A DNA stretch of 64,000 bases from Naegleria gruberi. Lineage: Eukaryota. This document shows positions 10,601 through 22,293 of the stretch, piece after piece (the first letter of the stretch is position 1; the number at the start of each line of letters is the position of its first letter). Position numbers and translations under genes: made by a program. The notes under the pieces are model-generated. The model made no database searches. It was given only the letters and a program-made list of their open reading frames with translations, and was not told the DNA's origin. The stretch is taken from assembly GCA_000004985.1 (NCBI GenBank), contig GG738847.1; one strand, 5' to 3'.

Positions 10601-13600
10601 TCAAATTGTTCAATTCCTATTTGTTTCGGTTCGAATGCCACTGACGAAACAGTATGTTCCTCACATGGTCAATGTCTTTCTCCTAATAATTGTTCCTGCA
10701 GTGATGGATACATGCATTCAGATTGTTCTCATCCAATTTGTTTCGGGCTTGAATCAACTAATCGAAACTCTTGTTCTACTCATGGCACTTGCATTTCACC
10801 AAATTCATGTCAATGTGATGGCAATCATGTAGGTGACATGTGCGAAATTCCACTTTGTTTCAATATCCCGGCCAATCATAACTCAACTTGCAGCTCAAGT
10901 GGAAAATGCATTGGTGTGAATTTGTGTGAATGTTATGGAAATTTCACAGGAATGAACTGTTCTGTTCCAATTTGTTTTGATGAGAATTCAACTTCCATTA
11001 TGAGTTGCTCGTCGAGAGGAAGATGTATTGGACCCAACCTGTGTGAATGTCAAGTTGGATATACTGGTAGCGTTTGTGAGTATCCTGTTTGTTACGGTTT
11101 CTATTCGGAAGATGTAAATTCATGTTCAGGACATGGAGAATGTATTGACTATAACAAATGTCAATGTGAAAATGGGTACGTTACTGAGAATTGTTCCATT
11201 CCTGTGTGTTTTGGTTTGAATAGTTCAGATTCCAATGTTTGTGCTTCCCATGGCGATTGCTTGTCACCAAATAATTGTTCATGCCATGAAGGATTTACAT
11301 CAATCAATTGTTCCATTTCAATTTGTTATAATTCACCTGCCACTGACCCATTTGCATGCAATGGAAAAGGAAATTGTGTAAATCCAAATGAATGCGCCTG
11401 TCAAGAAGGTAACATAGGATTACAATGTGAGATTCCACTTTGTTTTGGCGTGCCATCAAATGAAACTCAGTCTTGTAGTGGTAATGGAGAATGTATTCAA
11501 TATAATGAATGTATGTGTCATTCAAATTTTACAGGACTCAATTGTTCCATTCCAATATGTTTTGGTATAAATGCCACTGATCAAAGTCACGTTTGTTTTT
11601 CACATGGTATTTGTCAAGAACCAGATCAGTGTCAGTGTCATGAAGGATATACTGGAATACAATGTGAAATTCCAATTTGTTTCAATATTCCAGCAACCAA
11701 TTCCAGTACCTGTGCATCCAATGGAGTTTGCATTGATTTCAATAATTGTTCTTGTCTTGATGGATACACTTCGGAAAATTGCTCCCTCCCAATATGTTAT
11801 GAATTGGATTCTGGTAAATCAATGGTTTGTTCTTCACATGGTCAATGTTTGGCTCCAAATAATTGTACATGCCTTGAAAGATTTACATTCGATAATTGCT
11901 CCATTCCAATTTGTTACAATATTGATGCTTCAAATAGTTCAGTATGTAGTGGATTTGGTGAATGTTCTTCTCCAAATAATTGCAAATGTCATGAAAATCA
12001 TATTGGATTACAATGTGAAATTCCACTTTGTTTTGGAATTCCATCAAATGAAACTCAGTCGTGTAATGGTAATGGACAATGTATTCAATATAATGAATGT
12101 GTGTGTAATTCAGATTATACAGGAATAGACTGTTCAATTCCAATATGTTTTGGAAGTAATGCCACCAACCTAACTGTTTGTTCTTCGCATGGTATTTGTC
12201 AATCACCAGATCAATGTCAATGCCAAGAAGGATACACAGGTACCAACTGTGAAATTCCCATTTGTTTCAACATTCCAGCTAATGATTCCAGTACATGTTC
12301 ATCCAATGGAGAGTGCATTGATTTCAATAATTGTTCTTGTCATGATGGATACACTTCAGAAAATTGTTCAATTCCAATATGTTTCAATTTGAATAGTACT
12401 GATTCTAGTGTTTGTAACTCTAATGGAATTTGTACTTCCCCTGACAAGTGTCAATGCCAAGAAAATTTCACAGGTGAAAATTGCTCAATTCCAATATGTT
12501 TCGGATTGGCAGCAAACTCAAGCGGGGCATGCTCCGCATCTGGAAGTTGTGTTTATCCCAATACATGCCTCTGCAACCAAGGAATCATTGGCATTAATTG
12601 TGAAATACCTTCCTGTTTTGGAATATTCCAAAATAATAGCCAATCCTGCTCAGGAAATGGAATTTGCATTGAACTGAACAAATGCTCATGCTACCTAAAC
12701 TTCACAGGTGAATCCTGCTTAATTTCTGCATGTAATGGTATTGCCTCTAATGATAGCTCTGTTTGTTCCGGAAAAGGAAAATGCACAGCTCCAAATCTTT
12801 GTGAATCATGTGAGGAAAATTACTTTGGAGAATGGTGTGAAATTTCACAATGTTTTGGAATATTCTCGAATCAGAGTCAAGTTTGTTCTGAAAATGGAAA
12901 GTGTGAATCTTACAATAATTGTAATTGCTCAATGGGTTATGTTGGGGAAAATTGTAATATTCCTGTATGCTTTAAAATTAATTCAACCGATGAAAATGTT
13001 TGTAATTCTAATGGAATTTGTACTTCTCCTGATTTGTGTTCATGTAATTCCAAATATGGAGGTTTAGAATGTTCAGAACCGAAATGTTTTGGAAAAACAA
13101 CATTAGAAGGTGCATGCAGCTCGAAAGGTAATTGCACACAACCAGATTCATGTACTTGTGAGAAAGGTTTCTTTGGTATTTCATGTGAATTGCATTCTTG
13201 TTTTGGAATTCAATTGAATGATTCGAGTGTGATTTGTTCTGGACATGGTGAATGCAAATCTCTGGACGAATGTGAATGTGACAGTGGTTACTTAGGTGAA
13301 TCATGCTCCATCCACACCTGTTTTGGGATTACATTCAATGAGAGTGGTGTTTGCAGTGGAAATGGAAGTTGCTCAAGTTTGGACAACTGTACCTGTTATG
13401 GAGATGGAAAATTCTATGCAAATTGTACTTTAATTCCAAGTGATTCTCCAATAATTGATAGTGATGTACCTTCGAATCATACAGAAATATCCAATAATTC
13501 AAGTTCTTATCCAAATTGCTTTAACATTTCGGCAAATCATTCGAATGTTTGCAATGGAAATGGAAATTGCACAAGTGAAAATGAATGCAAATGCAGAGAG

Positions 13601-15835
13601 GGATATTTTGGTGGGGAATGTTCTCTATTTGCATGTTTTGGAAAGGAATCAGCTGATTCAAGTGTTTGTTCATCCAATGGAATATGCGCGAGTCCAAATA
13701 CTTGTAAATGTCGACCAGAAAGATATGGCTCTCAGTGTCAACTTGTCAAATGTTTTGAAATTCTTTCTAATCAGTCCAATGTTTGTTCCAGTAAGGGTTC
13801 ATGTCAAGATACCAACGCATGCATATGTAATGAGGGCTATTTCGGCCCCATGTGTAATATCACAAGTTGTGAAGGAATTTTGAGTAATAATTCTCAAGTT
13901 TGTAATGGAAGTGGACAATGCACTCATTACAACACTTGCCAATGTAAGGAAGGATTCATTGGATTGAACTGCCAATTCACCAAATGCAACTCTACATCGT
14001 GTAGGCATGGAAGTTGCATCACTACCTCTCAGTGTGAATGCGAAAGTGGATGGACAAGCTCGGAATGCAATCTTCCTATTTGTTACGATTTGTTGGCAAG
14101 TGACTCGAATGTTTGTTCTACACATGGCAAATGTATAGCTCCAAATAAGTGTAACTGCTCCACAAATCCATTGTACATGGGTGATAAGTGCCAATACTTA
14201 CAATTAGATAGTTTGCAATGTAGTATTAATCCATCACTCAATTTGATACCAATTGAGTGGACAATTTCAGGATTGGATAAAATAACATTTGATATGAGCT
14301 CGAAGGAAATACTTGTTAGAAACAGTATCCCATACAGTACATCTCTCCATTCCAAATCAAAATTCAACTACGAGCTCAATATTTACAACACTGGAAAGCG
14401 ATCTTTCAATTATCAAATTAATTCATTCTGTGAAAATGGAATTTCATTCAAACAATTGGGAATTTCTTCTCAATTCGGATTATTACAAGAAGGAAACAAT
14501 GCAAATATTAAGGATTTACAAAATATTGGATTTGCTCTCTTTTGGAATGATGAAAGTTTGAAATATGAAGATATTAAATGTCATGTCGAATTAATAGTCA
14601 ATCCGAAAGATCAATTCGATGAATGTCAACACTACGATTCGAATACTGAAACATCCTCCAAATATAATATTACTCTCATATTGGAACGTACAAATGTTTG
14701 TCAATTTTTGAAAGAAACAGATTTACCACTGACCTTTTCAAGCACTCAATTGTCAACCATGAGTGAAATAGCTCTAATTGATGAAAATATTCTTTCAGAT
14801 AACGATATTCTCAAAATTATTAATACATTCACTCAAAAGAGGAATAACTGGCAAATAATTAATAAGGACAACAGTACTCTTCAAGCTAACATCTTGTTAA
14901 CTGCCCAGTTGAGTAATCCAAACAATGAATTGGGACTTTTTGTTCCATCTCTGATATGTAAGGATGAAAGAATTGTTGATGACATAGAATTTACCACAGA
15001 ATATCTTTCCAATCAATCTCCATTCTCCATTTCTCACTCTCTACAAAAGATTCAATTCCAATTCAATGTTACAATTAAGAATGTTTCGAATTATGTTGAT
15101 TATGGTAGAGTGAGAGGAGGAAAGGAAGGAATGGCAACAGTTCTCATTGAGGACATGCTCCTTAATTGTTCTCTCATTCTCCTACCAAATCCATCTGAGT
15201 GTTGGTCCAACACGAATAGAAATTCCACATTCTCCAAATATATCATTTCACACTTTACACTGCCAATTGTTTCTGGTGAATTTTCATTCTTCCAAGCTGT
15301 GAGATCCTTCGAAATAGGTATCATTACACTTACCTACACTTGTATGGGCATTGGTTTTGCATCCATGATATGCACGACCAAAGTTCCTCGAGATCGAAAA
15401 CATTCTCTGCTCCAACTTGTAGAATTTGTCAAGGAAAAGAGAAGAAACAAACTCAACTCTACATCTGATGACTCCAAACCACTCCTAGAGAATCAAATTG
15501 ATAGGCCATACTGTGAAAATTGTGGTCATCACACTCGGAAGAAAGCTCGTTATGCCATTCGTGTGGAAAATTATGATGCTAATTGCGAAATGTTCATTTG
15601 TGAGAATCAGGTATGTTTTGAAGCCATGATCTCTCTCCACAATAGAGGATACTCCCATCACTATCAATGTTTCGACTTGGATAAAGAAGAAGATTGTCAA
15701 CTCATGATTGAAACACCATTCAAGACACTTGCTGATAATTTTGATGAGTCGGATATTTATGAATCTATGGATATTGAATTTCCAATACCTTCCGATATCA
15801 ATGATGATGAAGAAGATGACTCTGATTTATTCTAA
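4654..15835 (+). CDS. Giant type-I transmembrane protein (~3,700 aa). Signal peptide, ~750-aa non-EGF N-terminal region, ~58-60 tandem tenascin-type EGF-like modules, a TM helix and a Cys/His-rich cytoplasmic tail. The reading frame is interrupted twice (near 9613 and 9985)
   Basis: Exon 1 is 4654..4807 (ATG in aaaaaaaATG context; signal peptide FIFLLILIILSISFINA). Intron is 4808..4929 (GTAAGG...ACAG). Exon 2 starts at 4930 in the frame of track ORF 4863..9632. Modules follow C-x-(I/V)-P-(I/L)-C-(F/Y)-x(5-8)-C-x(2)-(H/N)G-x-C-x(4)-C-x-C-x(2)-G-(Y/F)-T-(G/A)-x-x-C. Track ORFs 4863..9632 (frame 0), 9577..9999 (frame +1) and 9812..15835 (frame +2) are consecutive pieces of the same repeat array, separated by two 1-nt insertions. 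The TM helix is GIITLTYTCMGIGFASMICTT; the tail CENCGHH...C-x(n)-C is zinc-finger-like. Stop TAA is at 15833-35. Confidence 0.7.
7550..12840. repeat. Higher-order tandem repeat (~587 bp = 5 EGF modules) within the giant EGF gene
   Basis: Anchor gaaattccaatttgtttcaa recurs at 7551, 8139, 8730, 9318, 9904, 11664 and 12251. Copy 9043-9400 is near-identical to 9629-9990. The middle units (10000-11600) are more diverged. Confidence 0.8.
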
Positions 15836-15937
15836 TCTAAATTGTTGGTATTTTTTTAATATAATAAAAAATAACAACTTGTTTTATTTAAATTTTGGCG
15901 GGAATGAAGAGTGAACTTGTAAAACCATAAAAAAAAA

Positions 15938-17248
15938 ATGGGTCAACCAATGAATAGACAATTACAGCACACTGGTTTGATATCAGAAAGTGTAAATGAA
16001 GTATTCGCATCGGAAGATGAAACTCTCTCGGAAAATGTAACAATTTCTGATCAGAATAACCCTCTATTTGTTTTTGATATATTGTCTGAGATTTTCTCAT
16101 ATTTGGATAATTTTACAGTTTATTTGAGATGTGTATTGGTTTGTAAAACTTGGAGATATTGTGCTTGGCATTTGTTGGATGAATTTAATTTTAGATATGA
16201 TGATTTGGATTTGTTATTTTATGGGAAAGAGGGAGAACGAATTGCCAAGCAATTTAATCCTTCTCTTGGAAGATCGGAGGCAGTCCGATTGAATAATACT
16301 CAAATGTTGGAGTACATGTTGAATTTAATTGTGAGAAATGCTAGATATTTGAAAAAGTTTAATGTTGTTGGAGCACAACAGAATGAGGATATTAAAAAGA
16401 TGATCAATGATGAGAGAATTGCACTCTTGATGAGATCTTGCTCTGAAAACTTGGAAATGTTGGATTTATCTTCTTGCGATAATTTGAAAGAGGTTTCGTA
16501 TAGTCAAATACTGAACAAGTGTAGAAAAACTTTGAAATCACTCAAACTCAGATGTAGTTTAAGCATTAGAGATACCTTTGCTAAGGATTATATTTCAACA
16601 CTGGAATCTTTGGAGTATCTCAATCTTTCGAAATGTTGTTACATTGGACTTTATAGTTTAATACCAATTTCTACCAATTGTACGAAATTGAGAGTTTTGG
16701 ATGTGTCTGGATGCACGTCATTTTATGGATTTAGCTTTTTAAGGAATTGTACAGTATTGGAAGAGTTACATGTACAAACAACATATTTTTCCTCAGATGA
16801 TTTCCAATACATTCCAAATTCATTGAAAATTTTGGATGTGCAAAATTGCGAACAAGTGAGAAGGTTGAATCATGTAGCAAACTTGGAACACTTGGAGGAA
16901 ATCAACCTTTCCTACAATAACATTCAACTTGAAGGAGAGTGGAAGAATCACGTTATGAAATGGAAAATTCTAAAGGCAATTTCAGTACCAGTTGGCTGCG
17001 AGTTATTAGACCAAACACCATACTTGAAACATTTAGAAATTGGTTTCCTTGAAGCCTCTGCTAGCATTACAATGCTAAGTGTTCTCAAGAGGTCTCATTC
17101 ATTCACAGAGGAAGATTCAACAGCCAAGCTCAGCACCAATCTGAAACATTTACTCATAACTGATTCACACCTTACTCACTCTTTTGTTGAAGAATTGAAA
17201 TACTATTGTCCTTCAATAGTATTAAAAACTCGACGTTGCAATATCTAG
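15938..17248 (+). CDS. F-box/LRR protein (FBXL-type, cysteine-containing LRRs)
   Basis: Single exon; ATG at 15938 (aaaaaaaaaATGggt), TAG at 17246-48. F-box is FDILSEIFSYLDNFTVYLRCVLVCKTWRY. Cys-containing LRRs follow (LDLSSCDNL, LNLSKCCYI, LDVSGCTSF). Confidence 0.8.
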   Translation: MGQPMNRQLQHTGLISESVNEVFASEDETLSENVTISDQNNPLFVFDILSEIFSYLDNFTVYLRCVLVCKTWRYCAWHLLDEFNFRYDDLDLLFYGKEGERIAKQFNPSLGRSEAVRLNNTQMLEYMLNLIVRNARYLKKFNVVGAQQNEDIKKMINDERIALLMRSCSENLEMLDLSSCDNLKEVSYSQILNKCRKTLKSLKLRCSLSIRDTFAKDYISTLESLEYLNLSKCCYIGLYSLIPISTNCTKLRVLDVSGCTSFYGFSFLRNCTVLEELHVQTTYFSSDDFQYIPNSLKILDVQNCEQVRRLNHVANLEHLEEINLSYNNIQLEGEWKNHVMKWKILKAISVPVGCELLDQTPYLKHLEIGFLEASASITMLSVLKRSHSFTEEDSTAKLSTNLKHLLITDSHLTHSFVEELKYYCPSIVLKTRRCNI

Positions 17249-17327
17249 TCTTAGACCATTGCCTTTGTTTCATCCATAATAATCATGTTGTGGTTGAAAG
17301 TTCAAGAAGAAAAGTGAAAAGAAAAAA

Positions 17328-18303
17328 ATGAGTGAAGAAGAAATTATTGATTTTGGAGGTGATGACCTTTTCCAAGTCGACCCTTCCTACTACAGGCAAC
17401 CAAAACCAAATCGTGTAGAAATTATTAAAATCGATAATACAGATATTGAAATTAAAGTGAGCATTTTGGGTAAATATTTAATTAGTAGACTTTCGGAAGT
17501 TGAAATTCGATTTTTTTAATTTATTTTTTAATTTATTATTATTTTCATCACATTCATCATCACCATATCATCACAAATATTGTATTGATAAATAATAATA
17601 GGAGAACACAGTTTATGGGGAAATTACTTGTGGAATTCTGCTAGATGTTTATGCCAATACTTTTACGAAAATCCATCCGCCATTCAAGGTAAAACAGTGA
17701 TTGAATTAGGAGCTGCAGGAGGTCTTCCAAGTTTAGCTTGTGGCAAACTCGGAGCCAAGAAGGTTATTATTACCGATATTGATGATGGAGATTTAATTCC
17801 AAATCTCAAGAGGAATGTTGCATTGAATTTTGATGAAGATAACACTGTGATGGAAGTGAGAGGACATGCTTGGGGTGAAAAATTAGAACAAACATTCGGA
17901 AAAGGAGAGGAGAAGGAAACTTTTGATATCATTCTGTTGAGTGACTTGTTGTTCAATCATTTTTGTCATTCTCAATTGTTGGACAGTTGTGAATATTTGT
18001 CACATCCTAATACTTTAATTTATGTCGGATATTCGTAAGTAATTGTTAATTTCAAATAATACTTATTGTATAATATTATTATTAATAATAATTAAATAAT
18101 AATTTTAATAATATTTAGACATCACCGACCTTGGTTGATTAAGGAAGATATGAATTTATTTAAATTGGCCACAGAGAGAGGATTCAAAGTGGAATATGGA
18201 TTCCAGAGGAAGTATCCACCAATGTTTGAAAATGATCCAGGTGATTATGAAGAAAGATCTACTGTTCATGTTCAAATTATGAGACCACCATCACACAATT
18301 AGC
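17328..18303 (+). CDS. Class I SAM-dependent methyltransferase, Methyltransf_16 family (METTL21/EEF2KMT-like protein-lysine MTase); 3 exons
   Basis: Exons 17328..17469, 17602..18034 and 18119..18303. Introns are 17470..17601 (GTAAAT...TAG) and 18035..18118 (GTAAGT...TTTAG). Motifs: VIELGAAGGLPSLACGKLGAKKVIITD (motif I), HAWGE, DIILLSDLLF. Track ORFs 17328..17519 and 17628..18038 are exon 1 plus intron read-through and exon 2. Confidence 0.7.
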
Positions 18304-18430
18304 TTAATATCTATTAAATATTTTGATCACATGCTTAATGATAACAAGTGATCTTTTGTGTTAAATTCAAGACAAAACAATCCAAGTTAAATACAATGAA
18401 AAGTATAATAATACACTATATTTATACAAT

Positions 18431-18844
18431 TTAGTTCAAGAGGGAAGCAACAGATGGGTCTTGAGCCAAAGCTTCAGCAACCTTACTGACAGCAGCATTG
18501 ATATTTCTGGCATGGTCCAAAGCACCCCAAACGACAATGGTGGTCTTCTTCAACATATGACCACAGACACAAGTCTTTTGAGTAGAATTGGAGACAAATT
18601 CAGAGTCATCAGCTCTCATACCCATGAATTTAACACCACCCAAAGTGCAAGAAATTGGAGCACCAGCACTAGTCTTAATAGCATTAGCCAAAGTGGCAGC
18701 TTCTTGAGCAGAAACATTCCATTGACCAGCCAAACCCCACATACTTCCATCAGCACCCATCAACAAGACAGCAGAAGCACCAGATTGAGCAAGAGGAGCC
18801 AACAAAGCACCTTGAACCCAAGCAGTCCATGGAAGAGAAGCCAT
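18431..18844 (-). CDS. Profilin
   Basis: 137 aa, single exon; ATG at 18844-42, TAA at 18431. Alignment: N-terminal W/W-V, GADGSMWG, GGVKFMG, RADD and KKT...IVVWG match Acanthamoeba/Dictyostelium profilins. Strong C/T-ending codon bias and locally elevated GC suggest a highly expressed gene. Confidence 0.75.
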   Translation of the reverse strand: MASLPWTAWVQGALLAPLAQSGASAVLLMGADGSMWGLAGQWNVSAQEAATLANAIKTSAGAPISCTLGGVKFMGMRADDSEFVSNSTQKTCVCGHMLKKTTIVVWGALDHARNINAAVSKVAEALAQDPSVASLLN

Positions 18845-19405
18845 TTTTGTATAATAATTAAGGAGGTTGTTTTTTTTAATAAGAAAAAAGTGGTTGAGTG
18901 ATGATGTGGAGCCTTATTACACAACAATCACAAACAACACTCTCACCTCCGCTGCTCTCACACGCACACTGAGAGAGTTTGTGAAGAACAATATGAACGT
19001 TTATTGTCGATTACTGTATCGCTCTTTTATGGCGGGAAACTTGTAGCTTCCTTCAAAATTCGAGCAACTTGATTGGAACCTTAATTGGCTGAAAAGTTTA
19101 CAATGACGAATATGGTGAATATTGTTAACAAGGGTTTCATAATGGTGAAATATTGTATCGTTAAGAGGGTACTTGACTTTGATTTTTTTAACAGTCAAGT
19201 TGACTTTCAGTGTTCTAAGAAATTGTTAACAGTTTACAACAATTTTAATGGATTACAGTATTATCCACTTTCCACATCTTTCTGCAACACTGTATTAATA
19301 CAGAATAAACCAGCCGAACTCGAACGAAATTACTATGAATTTCATTCAATTTCGTCATCTTGTTGACTTTTTAAGAATCCACTTACATTTTTCTATTAAA
19401 AAAAA

Positions 19406-21277
19406 ATGAGCAAACATCTAGAGGGTGAAATTCTCTCACCCTCAACAAGAACATTTTCATCATCACGTGATGATGAACTTGAAACTTTTCATCAACTGCA
19501 GCAACGAATTCTTCATCATCATCATGAGGGGAAGAATATTTCATCATCATCGGCACCTTCGGATCATGAAATTAAAATCAAATTGAATACACGAGATGGA
19601 GGAAATGAGGATGATGCAGATGATGCACAAATTAAATACTTGATACCTCCTAATGAATTAAACATGCAAGGATCCGAATTATTTATGAAGGCTTCACCCA
19701 TGTTGGAGGCAATTAGAATGAAGTTTAGACAAGGAAGGGCTGGGGGAAGAAAAAGATATTGTCTCATGCCCTATGATTTGGATTTGACAATGATTACATC
19801 ACGAATTATTGCAACTTCACTTCCCACTTTGAATTGGTTTGTTGGATATTTTAGAAATGATGCTAGTGTTTTGGCAAAGTTTTTGGAGGAAATGTATGGA
19901 AAGGATCATTATATGATTTATAACTTGTCAGAATTCCGATATGAGAAACAAGTTTTTGATGGAAAGGTTGTTGATTTGAATTTTCCTGATCACTATAATC
20001 CACCATTGGACTTGTTAATGATGGGTTGCAAGAGTATTCAAGATTGGCTTGCAAGAGATGAGAAAAATGTTGCATTAATTCATTGTGCTGGTGGAAAGGG
20101 AAGAACAGGAACATTTATTACTGCCTACTTTTTATATTGGTATGTTTTATTTTACTGTTTTCTTATTCAAATAATAATATGTTTAATATTTTATGTAAAA
20201 TATTTAAACTGTTTAATTTGCATTTCTAATAGTTCACTTTTCCGTGATGCAATGGATGCACTCATGTATTTTGCTCTGATGAGAATGGAAAAACCTGTCA
20301 ACCCATTCTCAGTTTGTCAGAATGGTGGTATTAATTCTCCATCTCAAATCAGATACATTACCTACATTCAACATTTGCTGGAAAATAAGTTTGGATCCAA
20401 ATCTCAACGACACACTACCACTAACCCTCAATCTTACTTGTACAATAATACGATATTCGAGAAGGATAACCTATTCTTGAAAAATCATTGTAACATTCCT
20501 GTAAAACAATGTGTTAAATTGGAAAAAATTGTAATAAGAGAAGCTAGTCAACAAATTGTTGACCATGTAAAAGCCAATACATTCTTGTGTGAAATTTGTG
20601 AATTGAGAATACACAAGTTTGAAGAGACTCATAGCCCAATTAGAAATACTCTAGATATTGAAGATTATGAAGTTAGAAAGGAGATTTTACTAACTTTTGG
20701 TAATGAATTTTGTGAAATTAATGGTAATTTATTGAAATTCAATTTACCGAAATCGGTAGCACTCTCTGGTGATGTCATTATCATTATGAGAATGAAGAAT
20801 CATATCAAAATGAAAGAGTTTGCTAGAATTGGTTTCCACACTGCATTCCTCATTAATAATAGACTCTCCCTTACCAAGCCTGAAATTGATGGTGTTCACA
20901 GAAGAGAGACAGTTGGCTCAGATTTTGGAATGGATTTTTACTTTGAACATTCCAATAATGAAACAATTCAATCCACTACCACTGAATACTCTCTCAATAA
21001 TCTCTACCAGTTACCAGAGCAACCTGCCACGCTCAGTCCTCATCACGTATTTTTATACGATACTGACTTCCACTTCCCTTATCATTCCTATCTCAAAACT
21101 CAGAGTGTTGAGAAAATAGAAACAACAACTATGGAAACTCTCTCCCCATCAGTCATCCACTCTCAACAAGTTGTTCACATCAGACCAATGAAATTCAAAG
21201 TCAAATTGGCACCAACCTTACACGAAATGGATCATGCCAAAGGTAAATTCATTTCACTCACCATAACTCTAGGTTAA
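19406..21277 (+). CDS. PTEN-like lipid/protein phosphatase (PTP/C2-type); 2 exons
   Basis: Motifs are RYCLMPYDLDLTMITSRIIATSLP and the catalytic loop IHCAGGKGRTG. Intron is 20140..20232 (GTATGT...AATAG). It is 93 nt and in frame, so the track shows one ORF with the intron translated as YVLFYCFLIQ.... The spliced product gives AYFLYCSLFRDAMDALMYF. Confidence 0.8.
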   Translation: MSKHLEGEILSPSTRTFSSSRDDELETFHQLQQRILHHHHEGKNISSSSAPSDHEIKIKLNTRDGGNEDDADDAQIKYLIPPNELNMQGSELFMKASPMLEAIRMKFRQGRAGGRKRYCLMPYDLDLTMITSRIIATSLPTLNWFVGYFRNDASVLAKFLEEMYGKDHYMIYNLSEFRYEKQVFDGKVVDLNFPDHYNPPLDLLMMGCKSIQDWLARDEKNVALIHCAGGKGRTGTFITAYFLYWYVLFYCFLIQIIICLIFYVKYLNCLICISNSSLFRDAMDALMYFALMRMEKPVNPFSVCQNGGINSPSQIRYITYIQHLLENKFGSKSQRHTTTNPQSYLYNNTIFEKDNLFLKNHCNIPVKQCVKLEKIVIREASQQIVDHVKANTFLCEICELRIHKFEETHSPIRNTLDIEDYEVRKEILLTFGNEFCEINGNLLKFNLPKSVALSGDVIIIMRMKNHIKMKEFARIGFHTAFLINNRLSLTKPEIDGVHRRETVGSDFGMDFYFEHSNNETIQSTTTEYSLNNLYQLPEQPATLSPHHVFLYDTDFHFPYHSYLKTQSVEKIETTTMETLSPSVIHSQQVVHIRPMKFKVKLAPTLHEMDHAKGKFISLTITLG

Positions 21278-21381
21278 AACTTACATGTTTGTAAATACGA
21301 GATGATATAATCTCTTGATAATTTATTATAAATTAATTTATTTAACAAATTTCGAATATATTCTTTTCGAAATCTTTTTGC

Positions 21382-22293
21382 TTATACATCGATTGGACCT
21401 TGTTGTACATAACCAATATCTTTCAGACTTCTTTGACTTCCATCAAATGAGGAAATTTCCTCCTCTCTCATCATACTCCATGCATTGTTATTCTTGAGAA
21501 TGACAGAGTATCGACGAAGACTCTTTCTCGTTCTCTTTTCACACAAGGCACAAACAAGGAGAGTGATACACCCCAAAGCACACAAGGAAACAACAATGGT
21601 CACTGACAGAACTATATACAAATAGGAGAAGGGTTCTGTTTTCAGAACACCAAACTCCCCATTCAAATAACTGATTTGCTTAATTTCTAAAGTCTCATTT
21701 CTTGGCTGTTTACACACAACTTGAATATCAATTACCAAATGTTGATCCTTAGTTGACATGAACGAGGTTGAAAAACTCTTGACTGTTAAATTACTTTGAG
21801 GATATTGAGCTTCAATTAATTGTAAAGTTGGTGATACAGATCGTTCATTAATCAAATCATTCATCAATGAATAATCATCACGATTCAGCTCAACACTGGA
21901 ATCCAAATAATGAATATAACCATGAACTCCCAACAAGTAATCCGACGTTGTGTAAGCATACTTTAAAAACCACTGAGCAACCTGTGAAGTACACTTCCTA
22001 CAAAACACTCTTATTATATTATTCCTCAATTTCCTATCGAGTGATTGTGCCACCCCTCCACATGATATTTCAAATTGACGAATGTTGGCTACTAAAGTAC
22101 TTGGATTTAATTCGGTAATGGAGTGAACAGCAATGAGCGTCGAATTGGTAAGGTAGGGAAAACGTATTGATGAAGCAACCAATAATAATTGGGAATTAGA
22201 ATTGTGTGATGTGATCGATAGGGTTGCATTCAATCTCGGAATGATCAATAGCAATATAAGAATTGCCAAATTTAAAATTAAAATGATTTTCAT
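21382..22293 (-). CDS. Hypothetical type-I membrane glycoprotein (signal peptide, ectodomain, single TM, short tail)
   Basis: ATG at 22293. Signal peptide ILILNLAILILLLIIP, TM YLYIVLSVTIVVSLCALGCITLLVCAL. No recognisable domain. Confidence 0.5.
   Translation of the reverse strand: MKIILILNLAILILLLIIPRLNATLSITSHNSNSQLLLVASSIRFPYLTNSTLIAVHSITELNPSTLVANIRQFEISCGGVAQSLDRKLRNNIIRVFCRKCTSQVAQWFLKYAYTTSDYLLGVHGYIHYLDSSVELNRDDYSLMNDLINERSVSPTLQLIEAQYPQSNLTVKSFSTSFMSTKDQHLVIDIQVVCKQPRNETLEIKQISYLNGEFGVLKTEPFSYLYIVLSVTIVVSLCALGCITLLVCALCEKRTRKSLRRYSVILKNNNAWSMMREEEISSFDGSQRSLKDIGYVQQGPIDV

Noticed and set aside
7237-13883. Dozens of 60-190-aa ORFs on both strands inside the EGF array (7237..7503, 7711..8001, 8359..8619, 8878..9210, 10188..10529, 11571..12128, 11883..12206 and others)
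   Set aside because: They are alternative-frame and antisense readings of the highly periodic EGF repeats, which are codon-poor in stops. None has a start context, and all overlap the obvious EGF frame.
18461-18901. 146-aa ORF antisense to profilin
   Set aside because: It overlaps the strongly supported profilin CDS on the opposite strand, and the GC-rich codon-biased sequence keeps the antisense frame open by chance.
18895-18975. C/D-box snoRNA-like arrangement (TGATGA at ~18899, CTGA at ~18969, ~74 nt apart) in the profilin/PTEN divergent intergenic region
   Set aside because: No complementary terminal stem flanks the boxes and no D'/C' boxes are evident. The CTGA lies inside a short palindrome (ctctca...tgagag). 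The match to box consensus is no better than chance in 560 bp.
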